Source of the DNA: the human T2T-CHM13v2.0 reference genome, Homo sapiens
NCBI GenBank assembly: GCA_009914755.4
Contig: CP068257.2
Coordinates: 6,912,001-6,976,000, forward strand
Reading direction: 5' to 3'
DNA: 64,000 bases
Shown: positions 36,835-50,129 of the stretch, piece after piece
Layout: each line of letters starts with the position of its first letter
How positions within the stretch are numbered: position 1 is the first letter of the stretch
The notes under the pieces: model-generated
Databases searched by the model: none
Seen by the model: the letters and a program-made list of their open reading frames with translations, nothing else
What the model was told of the DNA's origin: nothing
Translations under genes and position numbers: made by a program

Positions 36835-37734
36835 TAAGAGTGTTGACATTTGAGAAGTTCCCTGTAGAAATCTATTCTTTGATATTGTCTATGATTTTAC
36901 AAGTACTTTTTATTTGGTTTAGGAAGATACATTCCAGACTGTGTATATATAATAAACATTTTCTTTTAATGCCGAGTGCTCTTCATTAGCTATTTAATTG
37001 TAACATATGGGTTTGAAGCGTTCCCCTAAATGTAGTGTTTTATTTTCCTTCTTTTATTCACTGATATCTTTATATGATATTGTGAATTAGTATGTTAGAT
37101 ATATTCCAGTACTTTTCATAATAGTTTAGCTAATATAATATTTTTCATTGCAGATATGATTAAGAGAACATATTGGTGTTTCTAAAATGAGAAAGACATT
37201 GAGAACCTGGTCAATTTAAATTATTTTCTGTTATTATATACTTACCTCTCATTATATTTTATCTGCCAAGATTATTTTTAGTGCAAAAGGCTTCTGCAAA
37301 ACTTGCCATATGGTATCAAAATAAGCGATTTTAGATTTTAACAATTTAGCAGAAATTAGTTATGTTAATGAGTTGTTATAAACATTTTTCAACAGATTGA
37401 TTGTACTTTTTCTTTCGACATTTACGTGACCTTTCTCTTTGGACATTTAGACTACCAAGGTGTTGTATTTGCAGTTAATTCTGGGTTCTGTTAATGCACT
37501 AAACATATTTAGATACCTTGGGCATTACAATATAAAAAATTACCTGTTTTGTAAAAGCTGGTTATTACACTTTATCAATGAAGACAAATATTTATTTTTT
37601 TCTGTGTTTCTAATGCATTAATACCCTTGAGTGCCAAAATAGCACTGAAATGTTATTCTGTATACTTATAAACATTATATAAAATTAAAGTGTCACAACA
37701 GTAATTAGTGTTTATGAGTTATTTAGAAGCTTCT

Positions 37735-37922
37735 CCTGCTTCAGCCTCCTGAGTAGCTGGGACTACAGGTGCCCGCCACCACATCCGGCTAAATTTTTGT
37801 ATTTTCAGTAGAGATGGAGTTTCACTGTGTCAGCCAGGATGGTCTCGATCTCCTGACCTCGTGATCCACCCGCCTTGGCCTTCCAAAGTGCCAGGATTAC
37901 AGGTGTGAGCCACCGGGCCGGC
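37735..37922 (-). mobile_element. Alu fragment (antisense, 5' two-thirds)
   Basis: CTGCTTCAGCCTCCTGAGTAGCTGGGACTACAGGTGCCCGCCACCACATCCGGCTAAATTTTTGTATTTTCAGTAGAGATGGAGTTTCACTGTGTCAGCCAGGATGGTCTCGATCTCCTGACCTCGTGATCC...GTGAGCCACCGGGCCGGCC. Confidence 0.85.
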
Positions 37923-39307
37923 CAGAGTTTTGTATCTCTTTCTTTTCTTCTTTCTGATTCAGCCCTCAGGAGTCATTTAGCTTTGTTATGTTGATTCAAT
38001 GCAGTAGACTGATGACAGTGAGGAAGAGTTTGATAGTATGTGAGATACAGATTTACACATAAAACATTGAAAACAATTATAATTTTAACTACTGTAGTCC
38101 CTGGTTAATTAGCAGAATATAAAGTCAGTGTAGTAACATGTGAAGATATCCACAGTAATGTTAGCAGGGTCCAACTGTCTCTGCTACGTGAGGCTCCAGT
38201 TATCTCAGCTAAGCTGTTTATGAGCCACACTCACAAACAAGATCACCAAAAGTTAAGTCTTTTTGGTATATGTATAGGAACACCTATCTATTAGGGCCTG
38301 TTTGAAGCAGCATTTTTGGTGCTTTGGATACAAAGATAGTATGGTGCCTCAACTGAAGGATCTTGGATTAGGATGAGAAAAAGGTAAACTGATCATGTAA
38401 TGGCATAAGCAAGTAGGTACCATGTAACGGTGTAAACAAAAATTTATGTTAGATAGTCATTTCCCAAAGAGAGATTTCATACTGTATAGTACAGGGCTCA
38501 TCAGACTCTCTTCAAAGAAAATGATGCTCAAAATGGACTTGGGAGAATGAGGAAGAGTTTGTGAATCATTCTAAGGGAAAACTGAATAAGTAAATGCAAC
38601 ATTTTACATAATTTCTTCTGACTTCTTATGTGTTCACTTGCCCTAGACTGCCCCTCTTGTTTGGGGCTTATTTCTGTGCGTTTTACCACTTGCAAGATAA
38701 TGGAGGCAGGTTGAAATGGGAAAGATACCAGATGACTAATTTTTTTCCCCCACATTTCTATCTTTTGTTAAGAAATTTGAAGTTGATTGCTACATTGAAA
38801 TATGTAGTTTTGTTTTTTTTTGTGAGTCTTTAACCATTTGTGTCCCTGTTAACTTATAATTGATGAGTTTATTTTGTATTTATTTTTAGGCAGGGTAAAA
38901 TAGTAATATGCCTCATAAATAATATATGTTCCTATTACTAGTTTTGGTAGGATTTAAAAACTTTATAATAATCCTCAATATAGAAACCTGCCCCTTTAAC
39001 CATATTACCATTTGCTTTTAAAAAAAAATCTTTAGGTTTTGTTTCTAAAATGGTTCACAATTTATTTTTGAAAATATAAGGAATGAAATTCTAACTTTCT
39101 AATTTGAATGGAAGGATGAGTTGGTAGCACACGAAGCACTAAATTGAGTAATGTAGATTTTATTATTTTTAACGAATCCTTTAATATTTTGCAGGTTCAA
39201 TTTGTTTACTTGTGATGTACAGAGAGTTTTTTATACCTTCCCAGCTTATATTTGAATATTCCTTTTCAAGGTTTTATAAAGAGATTTCTCGCCTTTACCC
39301 CTTTCAG

Positions 39308-39470
39308 CGATGTGCATTTTGTAAGCACTTTGGAGCCACTATCAAATGCTGTGAAGAGAAATGTACCCAGATGTATCATTATCCTTGTGCTGCAGGAGCC
39401 AGCTCCTTTCAGGATTTCAGTCACATCTTCCTGCTTTGTCCAGAACACATTGACCAAGCTCCTGAAAGAT
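39308..39470 (+). pseudogene. KMT2C: KMT2C (MLL3)-like exon encoding part of an N-terminal PHD-type zinc finger (RCAFCKHFGATIKCCEEKCTQMYHYPCAAGASSFQDFSHIFLLCPEHIDQAPER); part of a non-processed paralogous pseudogene copy
   Basis: ORF 39212..39520 (+). A polypyrimidine tract plus AG acceptor ends at 39307 (CCCTTTCAG|CGATGTGC). The GTAAGT donor is at 39471. The Cys/His spacing is typical of a PHD/ePHD finger, and the peptide matches KMT2C residues near 300-340 as I recall them. Confidence 0.8.
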
Positions 39471-41499
39471 GTAAGTTTACTACGGATAGACTTTTAAACT
39501 TCAACCAATGTATTTACTGAAAATAACAAATGTTGTAAATTCCCTGAGTGTTATTCTACTTGTATTAAAAGGTAATAATACATAATCATTAAAATCTGAG
39601 GGATCGTTGCCAGAGATTGTTGGGGAGGGAAATGTTATCAACGGTTTCATTGAAATTAAATCCAAAAAGTTATTTCCTCAGAAAAATCAAATAAAGTTTG
39701 CGTGTTTTTTATTCTTAAAACATTTTAAAAACCACTGAAGAAAGATGTAAATAGGGACTGTGCAGTATTTCTGACATATACTATAAAATTATTAAAAAGT
39801 CAATCAGTATTCAACATCTTTTACACTAAAAAGCCATCCAGTTGAAGAATTAGAAGAAAGTTCACTCAGGTGTTATTTCAGGATTTACGTTAATAGGAAC
39901 ACCAAACCCTTCTGAAATTCTTGGAAATTTTGTATCCCTGATAGGTGTGATAGAAATCTCTGCTAGCACCTTTTCATGATTCATCTATCTTAGTCATCTG
40001 TAATCTGCAGTTGTGCTGTTTTCCTTTCTTTTCCAAATAGTATTTTATAATTCAATGAAAATGTTTAAATGCTTGAAATTTACATTATACAGGAAATCAT
40101 AACTCTACTATTGTATCATTAAATAGAGATCTCTCCTTTTTCTTACTATGTGTTTTCCCAATGAGCATGTATATTTTGGCATCTTTTTTCTCCTAGTCTG
40201 TTGAATTTCCAATCTTATTATGGAACCTCCATGATATTTTATTCAGTCTTTTTTATGTCACCTCTTATTTACCTAATGTTAGCTTTTACCTGTTCCTTAG
40301 CAATGTTGATAAAAGCTTTTTTTCCTATCTTCTCCAGGTCTGTGAAACATAAGTATAGCTACTCCAGGCTTAAACTAATCTAAAATATGGTTAGTGTACA
40401 TGATCATTACCCTTTATCTTTGTTGAGTACCCTAATTTCATTTTCCATTAAAATTATTTTGTGTCCACATATGTAATCATATCACCCTTAGTAACCTAGT
40501 GTACAGACAAATTATAGGTAAGGCAAACAAAAATTTTAAATTATATTTAAGCTAATAAGGGATTTAAAGTTTTAAAATGCTTTAGATTGTACACTCTTCA
40601 ATCTGGAAGAGAAGAACTTTCATGCACAGCAACTGTTGTGGCTACTATTTATGTACTGAGTTACTTCAGCAAGTGCATACACTGGCAGTTATCAGAGTGG
40701 ATTATATTCTGAGTGGCATAATAAATATACTTTGTCATCTCAATAAAACAATTTTATGTGTATGTAAGAATCTGAATTTTATTCAGCCTTTTGTGTAGTC
40801 ATGCTTTAGACCTCAGTAAACAACATGCAAACTTGTATAAGAATGTTGCTCTGATGTTAGAACATTTTTTTACTCAATGGCAGTGCTACTTTCTACTGAA
40901 AACTGTGTTCTAATAGTGTATACCTTCAGTTACATGTTAGCAATCATAAATCAGTTTGTAAAATAATAAACTAAATACTGAGGTGAGATAATTTGCTGTT
41001 GTTGATCATGTATATAATGAAAGGTTTATGGCAACATAAAGCTAAAAGATATACTAAAATTATGAGTACTCTGCCTTTTTCCAAAATAGACTTATGGAGA
41101 CTCATAAAAATACATGAGCAAAAGGATAAAACTAAAAATAAGTAAGGAAATTTGGCAATGGAAAATTTAGATAGGATAAATATGAAGATAATAGAGAGAC
41201 CCCCAAAAAATGTGTAATTCCAGACAAACCACAAATTTGGCCCCATACCTTTTCAACAGTCAATACAAAGAAGGACATATGAGCCCTTAATCTGATTCTT
41301 ACTATTTATAACATCACTTGATATAATGATATAATAATAAGACATCCCTTGATAGAATGCAATGAAAAATTGTCTTAAAGTAGCCACCTTGCAGTAGAAA
41401 AATACCAGTTTCATAGGGCTGTTGCTTATAGCAGCCTTCAAACTAAGTCAGTGGTATAAAATCAAGGCCTAAATGACTAAATTAGATTTCTTTGGTTTT

Positions 41500-41800
41500 T
41501 TTTTTTTTTTTTTTTTTGAGATGGAGTCTCGCTCTGTCACCCTGGCTGGAATGAAGTGGCATGGCCTTGGCTCACTGCAAACTCCGCTTTCTGGGTTCAG
41601 GTGATTTCTCCTGCCTCAGCCTCCCAAGTAGGTGGGATTACAGGCGCACACCATAACACCCGGCTAATTTTTTGTATTTTTAGTAGAGACGGGGTTTCAC
41701 TATGTTGGCTAGATTTGTCTCGGACTCCTGACCTCGTGGTCTGCCCGTCTCAGCCTCCCAAACTGCTGGGATACAGAGGTGTGAGCCATCGTGCCCGGCC
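41500..41800 (-). mobile_element. Alu SINE (antisense)
   Basis: Poly-T then GAGATGGAGTCTCGCTCTGTCACCCTGGCTGGAATGAAGTGG...GGGATACAGAGGTGTGAGCCATCGTGCCCGGCC. Confidence 0.9.
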
Positions 41801-44800
41801 TCCTTGGGGATCTTAAACAGTGCATTCTAACTACACAGCGTTCTGACTCATCTGTTAAGAAGATCATAATCTTGGATTAAGTTCCAAGGATATAATTTAA
41901 AGAATATTGCAGATAGGATGTTTTGTCACCTTTTTAACATCTTTTATAAATATTTCTTCCTATCCTAATTGTGTGTCATGGCAGAAGTTACTTTTTATGC
42001 TTTTAAAATGATACTGTCTTAAATCATAGTGCTATTATGAGTGTTAAATGAACACAATGAATGGAATTCACATAACATTGTGCCTTGTATATATTAATTG
42101 CTTTAAAAAGGGTAGATATTTTACCTCATATCTAAGGCTTAAGTTATGAGAATGATAATACATATTGAGTATATGTATTTTCTGTTGCTTCCTAAAGGGC
42201 AGAGCAGTAGCTGTGATAGTTGACTGAGTTAGGAGTAAGGTTGACATCTTTTTATAAAAGTTGAGAAATTTAACAAAAGCATGTATCTCATTATAAAGAA
42301 ATCCACTAAAGAGAGTATCTGTGAAGAAGGCCAAGATTTTCATCAGGAAACACTTTTAGGGTGCTCTGTCATAGGTAAATGGCTGGTCATTGTTGCAACA
42401 TTATTTTCATGATGATACAAGGATACATTAACCTTGTCTGGAAATTTTACACTAAAAATCCATCTAGGAGATACAACCAGATATACTTCCTGAATAGGTA
42501 AACTGAATGGTAAGAAGCCAATCATGCAAGATAAGAGGAAAGACATTCCAGGGAGAGGGAACAGACCACTACACAGACCTTGAGGAGTGGACTTGGCATG
42601 ATTCATGAACAGACAGCATGTCATTTTACTTGGAGCATAGTAGCCTACTAGGTGGGGGTAGTAGAGACATCATCAAGGCGAACAAAGGCTAGATCATGAA
42701 GGCTTGTAAGCAAGGGAAGGAGTTTGGGTTCTGTTCGGTCTGCAATGAGAAGTTTTTGCAAGGTTTAAACATGGAAATGCTACATATCTTAATTCACCCC
42801 CTGTTCCTCAATGTATTTACTCATCATTTAGCTTTAATTCCTTTTACTTCACTTAAGCTTTAACTCCAGCCTCTTTTCTTTGGTTATCTTTGTATTTCTT
42901 GACATTAAGTCCTGCTGCTTTTCTTTTACCCTAAATTCTGTCAGTCCTCTGACCTTTCTTATCTACCTGCCAATGATATGGTCTAGCCTCTTTGGATGAC
43001 ATCCATGATTTATTTTTTCTTTCCAGAGATTCTCTTTTATAGACAAATCACTCAGCCCAGTGTCCTGCCAGTGATGAAAATTGGCAGATGATAGGGTGTG
43101 ATGGAAATTAGAAAGCAATGCTGATTTGGTCCTTTTTCAATTTACACTGTATGACAGCTATTTTGACTTTTCTTGCTGTTCACCAATGCTTTTATTCTTA
43201 TGTGTTGTCTGGACTTTCTTAAGCAATAGTTTCATCAAGTTTAAGGATCTGTGATAAGCTCTGTTCTAATTTAAGCTGAATGTTTTTGTCTTTTTTATTT
43301 ATCTCTTCTCTTTTTACAGCTGTCTCTTAGGAAATGACCTTCTCTAAAGATGATCATTTTGTTTCCTCTCACTTTTCTCCTGCCATAAGAACCTTGCTCC
43401 CTTTACTTCATTTAGCTTTATTGTATGCCATTGTTGGCATTTCATGTCTACTTTTGTGTATACTCAAATACTCATCACTTTCATTGATCAGTAGTAAAGT
43501 TTGCTGAGGAGTCAATTTGATTAGTAGTCAAGAGCCTGATCTTAGAAGCCAAATAGACCTGGACTTTACTCCTCTCCCCTCTTAAATTATCTTTAGTTAT
43601 AGCCTGTCTTTTTGCTTTTTCAACTGTTTAAAGAAAAATTTTTTAGTTGATTATTGCTTTAAACTTAATGTCTCTGGCTTACAGACATGTGTGTCTAAAT
43701 ATTCATATTTAATTTCTGTGATGACACCAAACCTATCCAGTAGTATCGATAATCTTCTTATACATGACCTCCGTAAGGTTGTTTCAGTATTCCCACACAT
43801 CTTCTCCCTGACTGGGAGGGTTGGAACCAACCTCATTTCTTTGTGTAGTGCTTTTAAAAATAATATTGTTTTTCACATAAGGTATATTAAGTGTTTTTGC
43901 ACCAGATGTATTACATGGATGTTTTCCTTTGACTAATTTATTACCAATGATCCATAGTAATCAGATAACACAGCAAGGTTGTCAGTAAGGCATTGGTGGA
44001 GATCATCATAGTCTAAAAAGTGATTTTTGTGACAATGACAGTTGTCTTGTTGCAGAGTGAACTTTGTTGTATATAACAGTGCTGTGCAGTATAAATATAA
44101 TGTGAGCAACATAAGTAATTTTTCTAGTGGGTATGTTAAAAATTTGAGAAAAAGGAAACATTTGGGAAGAATTGTAGTAAATTTTATTTAATTCAGTAAT
44201 CCAAAATAGTAATATTTCAAATTTTGAGATACTTTTTCCCCATTAAGATTTTGGAATTCAGTGTGCATTTTATGCTTACTGCATACCTCGATTTGAACTA
44301 ATTACATTTCACTTGTTCAGAAACCACATGTCGCTAATAGCTACCATGGCAACTTGAAGTGTCAGGGGAGCAAACTCTAGAAAGTTTCACAGAAGCATTT
44401 TAGTGTTCCTAGGAGAGTATAATAGAAAAATGAATTGATTATCTGATAATTAGTTTCTGATAATTAGTTGAGTATTCCCCCAATTTTTAAAAGTTTTACA
44501 GTGAGCAAAAAGAGATCAATTTTTCAATGTACATATTTTGAAAGATAAATACTAGTACTCTCAATATTAAGAAACATAACATCCCAGTTATGTCCTTTCT
44601 ATCAAAAATGAACCAATTTATGATGCTTCCATTGTTAATGATTTATTTTAAATGCCTATCACTTAAAGAGCCATTTAAAAGTGATTTTAGCAGTAAGTCC
44701 TTCACTTAAAATATGTTCAATAAGACTTGATTCATGTTAGGCAGTTGGGGATACAAAGTTAAAAAAGTTAAGGCCCCTGTCCTTCAAGGATCCACAGAGT

Positions 44801-44927
44801 TGTGCTGTAAATAAATGATTATACAGAAGTTTCTTGTAAGCATATGGATAAAAGTAATATTCAACAACTAAATGGGTATTTGGGTGTGGTAATAGGTATT
44901 CAGGAAATAATGTGCAGATTTTTTTTT

Positions 44928-45213
44928 TTTTGAGACAGGGTCTCACTCTGTCCCCCAGGCTGGAGTGCCGTGGCATAATCTCTAGTCACTGCAGCCTCCA
45001 CCTCCTGAGTTCAAGCGATTCTCCTGCGTCAGCCTCCTGAGTAGCTGGGACTACAGGCATGTGCCACCACACCCTGCTAATTTTGTATTTTTAGTAGAGA
45101 TGGGGTTTCACCATGTTGGCCCGGCTGGTCTCGAACTCCTGACCTCAGGTGATCCATCTGCTTTGGCCTCCCAGAGTGCTGGGATTACAGGCGTGAGCCT
45201 CTGTGCCCAGCCA
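44928..45213 (-). mobile_element. Alu SINE (antisense)
   Basis: Poly-T then GAGACAGGGTCTCACTCTGTCCCCCAGGCTGGAGTGCCGTGG...GGGATTACAGGCGTGAGCCTCTGTGCCCAGCC. Confidence 0.9.
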
Positions 45214-45604
45214 TGAGCAGAGTTTTGAAGGCTGGGAGCACAGCAGAAAAACAAAATTTCAAGCCGAGGGAACAGAATGTGTAAAAGCACACAGACATGA
45301 ATAGCATGTTATGTGAGGTGCATGGCAGACAATCCACCATGACCATGAAATAGTGAGTGGTTCTGAGATTCAGTTGGAAAGGGAGATAAGGACCTTTTTC
45401 CCTCATACTTGAAAATTCTGATTTTCTTTTAGGTGAAAAATGAGGTATTGGTGGAGTTTTAATTTATACAGAGGTTAACAATTAGATTTACATTTTTGAA
45501 AGATTGTTCTGGATGTGTAGAAAATGATTTAGAGAGGACGTCAGAACCATAAGTAGAGATGATTTGATGCAGAAGATACTGCAGTTAGCGAGACAGAGTA
45601 TTAG

Positions 45605-45682
45605 GTAGGTGCAAAAGTAATTGCAGTCTTTGCCATTAAAAGTAATGTCAAAAACTGCAGTTACTTTTGCACCAACCTAGTA
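45605..45682. mobile_element. MADE1 (Hsmar1-derived MITE), about 80 bp palindromic
   Basis: TTAGGTAGGTGCAAAAGTAATTGCAGTCTTTGCCATTAAAAGTAATGTCAAAAACTGCAGTTACTTTTGCACCAACCTAG has inverted termini GGTGCAAAAGTAATTGC / GCAGTTACTTTTGCACC. Confidence 0.85.
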
Positions 45683-46570
45683 TGATAGACTAAACTATAA
45701 ACATATAAAGAAAGAATGATGTGTAGGAAGTTTAATACATAAGAATTGGGATCTGGCTGGATGTGTTGGGTCAGGGCTGAGTTCAGAGTCAACAATGATA
45801 CTAAGGTTTCTGCCTTTATCTATTCTTGAGAAAAATGGATGCTGTTTCGGGTTTTTAAAAAAGTTTCACTTTAGAGCAGTTGAGATTGAGTGTTTAGAAC
45901 ACCTGGCTATTGAGATCCAGTAAGATTTGAAGAATAAAGGTTTGGGGTTTATGAAAGAATTCTAGGACCAATAATACAGATTTAGGAATCATGGTGGCAT
46001 TTTATGGCGTGAGAGTTGATGTGATCACAAAGGGAAACTATGGGGGATTAGGAAAGAAGAAAAAGGATGAAATCCTAAGAAACTCCAGCATTTAGAAAGA
46101 TTGTATAGTTACAAAAGCCAACAAAGGAGGATGAGATGAAAGTGGGGGAAAACTAAGGAGAAATTAGGAGAGAGTTGCCATGATAGAAACTAAGGAAAGG
46201 GGCATTTTAATGTGGGAGTGGCTAGCAATGCAAATGCTACAAAGTGCAGAAAAGCCAAAGACTAAATCGGGTTTCCTATGGGCATTGGCAGCCTCACTAT
46301 TGTAGCTTCAGATGAGTATTAGGTGCTAAGCCAGCCTTCATGAAATACGTCAGAGGTCCAGCCAGCGTCCACATTTTGAAGCCTGTTTTTGTACTGCCCT
46401 CAAGCGAGGAATTATTTTTACATTTTTAAAAGAGTGTAAATAAAAACAAAAGGTCTGACTTTTTGTCAGAGACTGCTATGGCTCACAAAGCCTAAAATAT
46501 TTACTATCTGGCACTTTTCAGGAAAAGTTTGCAGACTCTGGTAGAAATAAAAGAAATATATTTTTACTCT

Positions 46571-47180
46571 GTTTCAAGATGCTTGACTGGAAAAGAAAGA
46601 ACGTATGAGTCAGAGAGAAATTGATAGGATTGACCAAACCTTCAAAAAATGGGAAAAAGGCTGAGTGCGGTAGCTCACACCTGTAATCCCAGCACTTTGG
46701 GAGGGTGAGGCAGGAGGATTGCTTGAGCTCAGGAGTTTGAGACCAGCCTGGGCTATGTGGTGAAACATCGTCTCTACTAAAAATATAAAAATTAGGTGGG
46801 CATGGTGGCACATGCCTGTAATCCCAGCTACTGGGGAGGCTGAGGCGTGAGAATCCCTTGAACCTGGGAGGCGGAGGTTACAGTAAGCCTAGATCGCGCC
46901 ATTGCTCTCTAGCCTTGGTGACAGAGTGAAACTGTCTAAAAAAAAAGGAAAAATAATGGTTCATATACTTTGTGATACTTGTTAAATACAGGCATATTTA
47001 TATATATTATCAAAGGTTGGTATGATAAGCTTGACTGGAAAAGAAAGAACATATGAGTCAGAATAGTAGATAGGAATGATCAAACCTTCAAAAAATGAAA
47101 AGATTCATATACTTTGTGATTCTTGTTATATATAGGCATATTTTTTATACATTATCTAAGATTGGTATGATTTTAGAATA
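46571..47180. repeat. Local tandem duplication of about 150 bp; copy 1 carries an Alu insertion, copy 2 is the empty site
   Basis: Copy 1 = GCTTGACTGGAAAAGAAAGAACGTATGAGTCAGAG...AAACCTTCAAAAAATGGGAAAAAG | Alu 46659-46950 | GGTTCATATACTTTGTGATACTTGTTAAATACAGGCATATTT...TTGGTATGATAA. Copy 2 (47030-47180) = GCTTGACTGGAAAAGAAAGAACATATGAGTCAGAA...AAACCTTCAAAAAATGAAAAGATTCATATACTTTGTGATTCTTGTTATATATAGGCATATTT...TTGGTATGATTT. Confidence 0.8.
46659..46950 (+). mobile_element. Alu SINE (sense)
   Basis: GGCTGAGTGCGGTAGCTCACACCTGTAATCCCAGCACTTTGGGAGGGTGAGGCAGG...GCTCTCTAGCCTTGGTGACAGAGTGAAACTGTCTAAAAAAAAAGG. Confidence 0.9.
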
Positions 47181-47989
47181 CATTATTTTCCTTATTTTGC
47201 AATATGCATAAGTTTAACTGTATATTTGGCAGGGCAGTTTATCCTTATATTTTCTGTTTTATATAGTAAAAGAACTGTTAGTACATTTTCTTTTAATCCA
47301 CATTTAGGGATGGATGATGTCCATAATTATGTGGATTTTAATGCTTTTACAACTAGAAATTAATATAGATGAATATAGAATTAGTATATTAAGTAATGTG
47401 TTTGTGTATGAATATGTAGCTTCTGTCTTTAATGTTCTTCCACATAAGACATTTTCCAGTAATTAAAAAAAAGCCCTTATGTGATTTGAATAGTCTGTTT
47501 ATGCTTAAGAAGCATCTTAGTCTAATTGATATTAACGTTTCTTAATTTTGTCTCTTGTCTGATTTTGTAATTGCAAAATATATTTAGCATTCAAAGAAAA
47601 TGTTTATGTTACACTGCAAAGCATTTCTTAGTTGGTATTTTCCTTGTTTGGTTCTTTGCAGTGAGCATATATTGAGCATTAATTAGGTATCCAGCATTAT
47701 CATTGGCATTAGGAATAGAAAATTAAAGAAGACCTGCTTATGGTCTTAAGTAGATATAGCCACAAATAATTGCAAAACTATACGATTAAATTTAATGTGG
47801 TTACATTTAGATTAAATACCCTACAGTGTTTTTATTGATACCTCTTTCTGATTAGATGACAATTCAATGTGAATAACTTCAAATGTCTGAAAGGTTCATG
47901 ATGCAAATCCTTTCAAATGATTTTACTGTGTAGTCAGAAAAAATTTTAATTCTTATACAACAATTTCATTGTTTTACTGTTAATTATGG

Positions 47990-48161
47990 TGAAGGAAGAT
48001 GCAAACTGTGCAGTATGCGACAGCCCGGGAGACCTCTTAGATCAGTTCTTTTGTACTACTTGTGGTCAGCACTATCATGGAATGTGCCTGGATATAGCGG
48101 TTACTCCATTAAAACTTGCAGGTTGGCAATGTCCTGAGTGCAAAGTGTGACAGAACTGCAA
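47990..48161 (+). pseudogene. KMT2C: KMT2C-like PHD-finger exon (KEDANCAVCDSPGDLLDQFFCTTCGQHYHGMCLDIAVTPLKLAGWQCPECKV*QNCK) with an in-frame TGA at 48148-48150
   Basis: The frame continues from the phase-1 end of the 39.3-kb exon. The C4HC3 PHD spacing is intact except that TGA replaces the expected Cys codon in ...CPECKVCQNCK. The donor GTAAGT is at 48162. The dinucleotide before the frame-predicted exon start is GG rather than AG, so the acceptor may be non-canonical or mutated. Confidence 0.8.
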
Positions 48162-50014
48162 GTAAGTTTTCATTTCAATTCAAAGCTGTGTATTGGGTTT
48201 AAGAGGGACCCTATTACTAGGCGCTAAAAGTTTGTGTAATATAATAGAGGTTGTTCATATTTTGGCTGTATTCATTCAGAGTGACTTCATCATACTTAAA
48301 AAAATTACTGGATATTAACGTTTATATTATTTTGAAAGAAGTCTAAACAAAACTGATTTCAATCATTTAAATTGCTCTGATCGTCTAAAGAGCTAATTTA
48401 AATTTACCAACAGTTTAAAAAATAAGCGATATTAACAATTTAAAACAAGCATGAGAAGAATAAAGTAGCTTGTCTTCAGGTGCACCGGGGAGGGGATGTG
48501 ATAGGATTTAAACCTCTCACTACAGACGTAGAAGAATTAGAGTTGAGTCAAAACGTCAGTCATGTGTTTGAATTTCCATTCCAGGAAGGACGCTTTCTAC
48601 TATTATTTTAATGTACATCTGCATCTCTCTAAAAGCCACCTTGAGTAGATCCTGCTCAGCATAATTCCAAAATGAAATATGTGGCATTTACAAATTTATA
48701 AGGGGGTTATCTTTTCCTATTGTATTTCATCTCTTGGTCATTTCTCCAGTCTTTTCTGTGATTTCCGCTTGCACCCCCATGATTCTAATGAGCATGATAA
48801 TTTGGGGATGTTACCAGCATCTTCATTTACAGGCTGAGAATTTTTGTTGTAACCAGCAAGAATTATGCCCAACTGCCATGATCAGTCTGTTTTTATTATT
48901 TAGTTTTAAAAGAAATAAGCGTCAATATCTTAGAGTTACGTGACATAAATAGGACTATGTACCTTCATATTTTGGTAAAAATTAGATAAAATATTCAGTA
49001 AACATTTATTCGATACCTTGTATCTGCACTCAGTTTCTTGGGAAGGATTAAAAGAACTTGAAGGAAGAGTACTTGTCCTCCAAGATCTTTGCATGTAGCT
49101 GAAGAGATAAAACATGTGAGTTTTTATGGAGAGGTTGAACTGAATAATAATTGGAGGCCAACTGGCCCATCTTCCTGTTGACTTCTGTTTATCCCCCAGA
49201 TTTCATTCAGAGATTCCTCTCTCATCTCTTCTTGCTTTCCCTGTTTTTTCTCTTCCCCTCCTCTTGAATTTAAAATCATAGTATCTGAAAGTAATTATAG
49301 TCAAAAATCTCAACAGAGATAACGCTGTAGGACAGGGGCCCAATCTTTGGGGGCAGAAGAGTGTTTAAAGAAAGGTTTTAGGTTTTCAATTATAATTCTT
49401 AATAATTATGACAAGGTTCGTCTTTTGAAATAATTATTCAGCATTTAATTGCTTAATAGACATTCTAAGCACTTGAACCTGCATTACATTTAATTCTCAC
49501 AGTAATGTTTATTATTCCCGTTTTATACCTGAAACTCAGAGAGCTTTAGTCTAAGTTGTTTAGTGACACAGCTAGAAAACAGCAGCCTGAATACAAATAG
49601 AGATCTGATGCCAAATTTGATCCTCTTTACGTTATATGACAGTCTTTTCAATTTGCTGTGCCAAGATTTGATCTTTCCACACAGTAGCACATAGCAGTTA
49701 TAGCGCCTTCCTCTCAAAAATTATATTTTAAAAGTAAAGATCAAAGGCTATTCATCTTGCCTTAACCCTTCCTCCTTTGCAGGAATCCTAAAATGGCTAG
49801 AGCAAGTTAACCATAGGTGAGCATTGAGTAAAGATCACCATTTAGGAGGTAATCCTTATGGTAGGGTTACCTCTGTTACTATCTGCAGAGACAAAACAGA
49901 TACTGAGGTATTTATGAACTGTGCGGTTCCCAGGACTGATGATTTTCATGATTACTTATGTTGCAAAACATAAGTTTAAAGATAAGCCATCATTAATGCT
50001 ATCTTACTTTTTAG

Positions 50015-50129
50015 ACAATCGGGAGAAGATAGCAAGATGCTAGTGTGTGATACGTGTGACAAAGGGTATCATACTTTTTGTCTTCAACGAATTATGAAAT
50101 CTGTACCAACCAATGGCTGGAAATGCAAA
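50015..50129 (+). pseudogene. KMT2C: KMT2C-like PHD-finger exon (KQSGEDSKMLVCDTCDKGYHTFCLQRIMKSVPTNGWKCK)
   Basis: The acceptor TTTTAG ends at 50014 and the donor GTAAGT starts at 50130. The frame joins the AA carried from the previous exon to give CQNCK-QSGED. I recall KMT2C reading CLQPVMKSVP here, whereas this copy reads CLQRIMKSVP. Confidence 0.8.
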
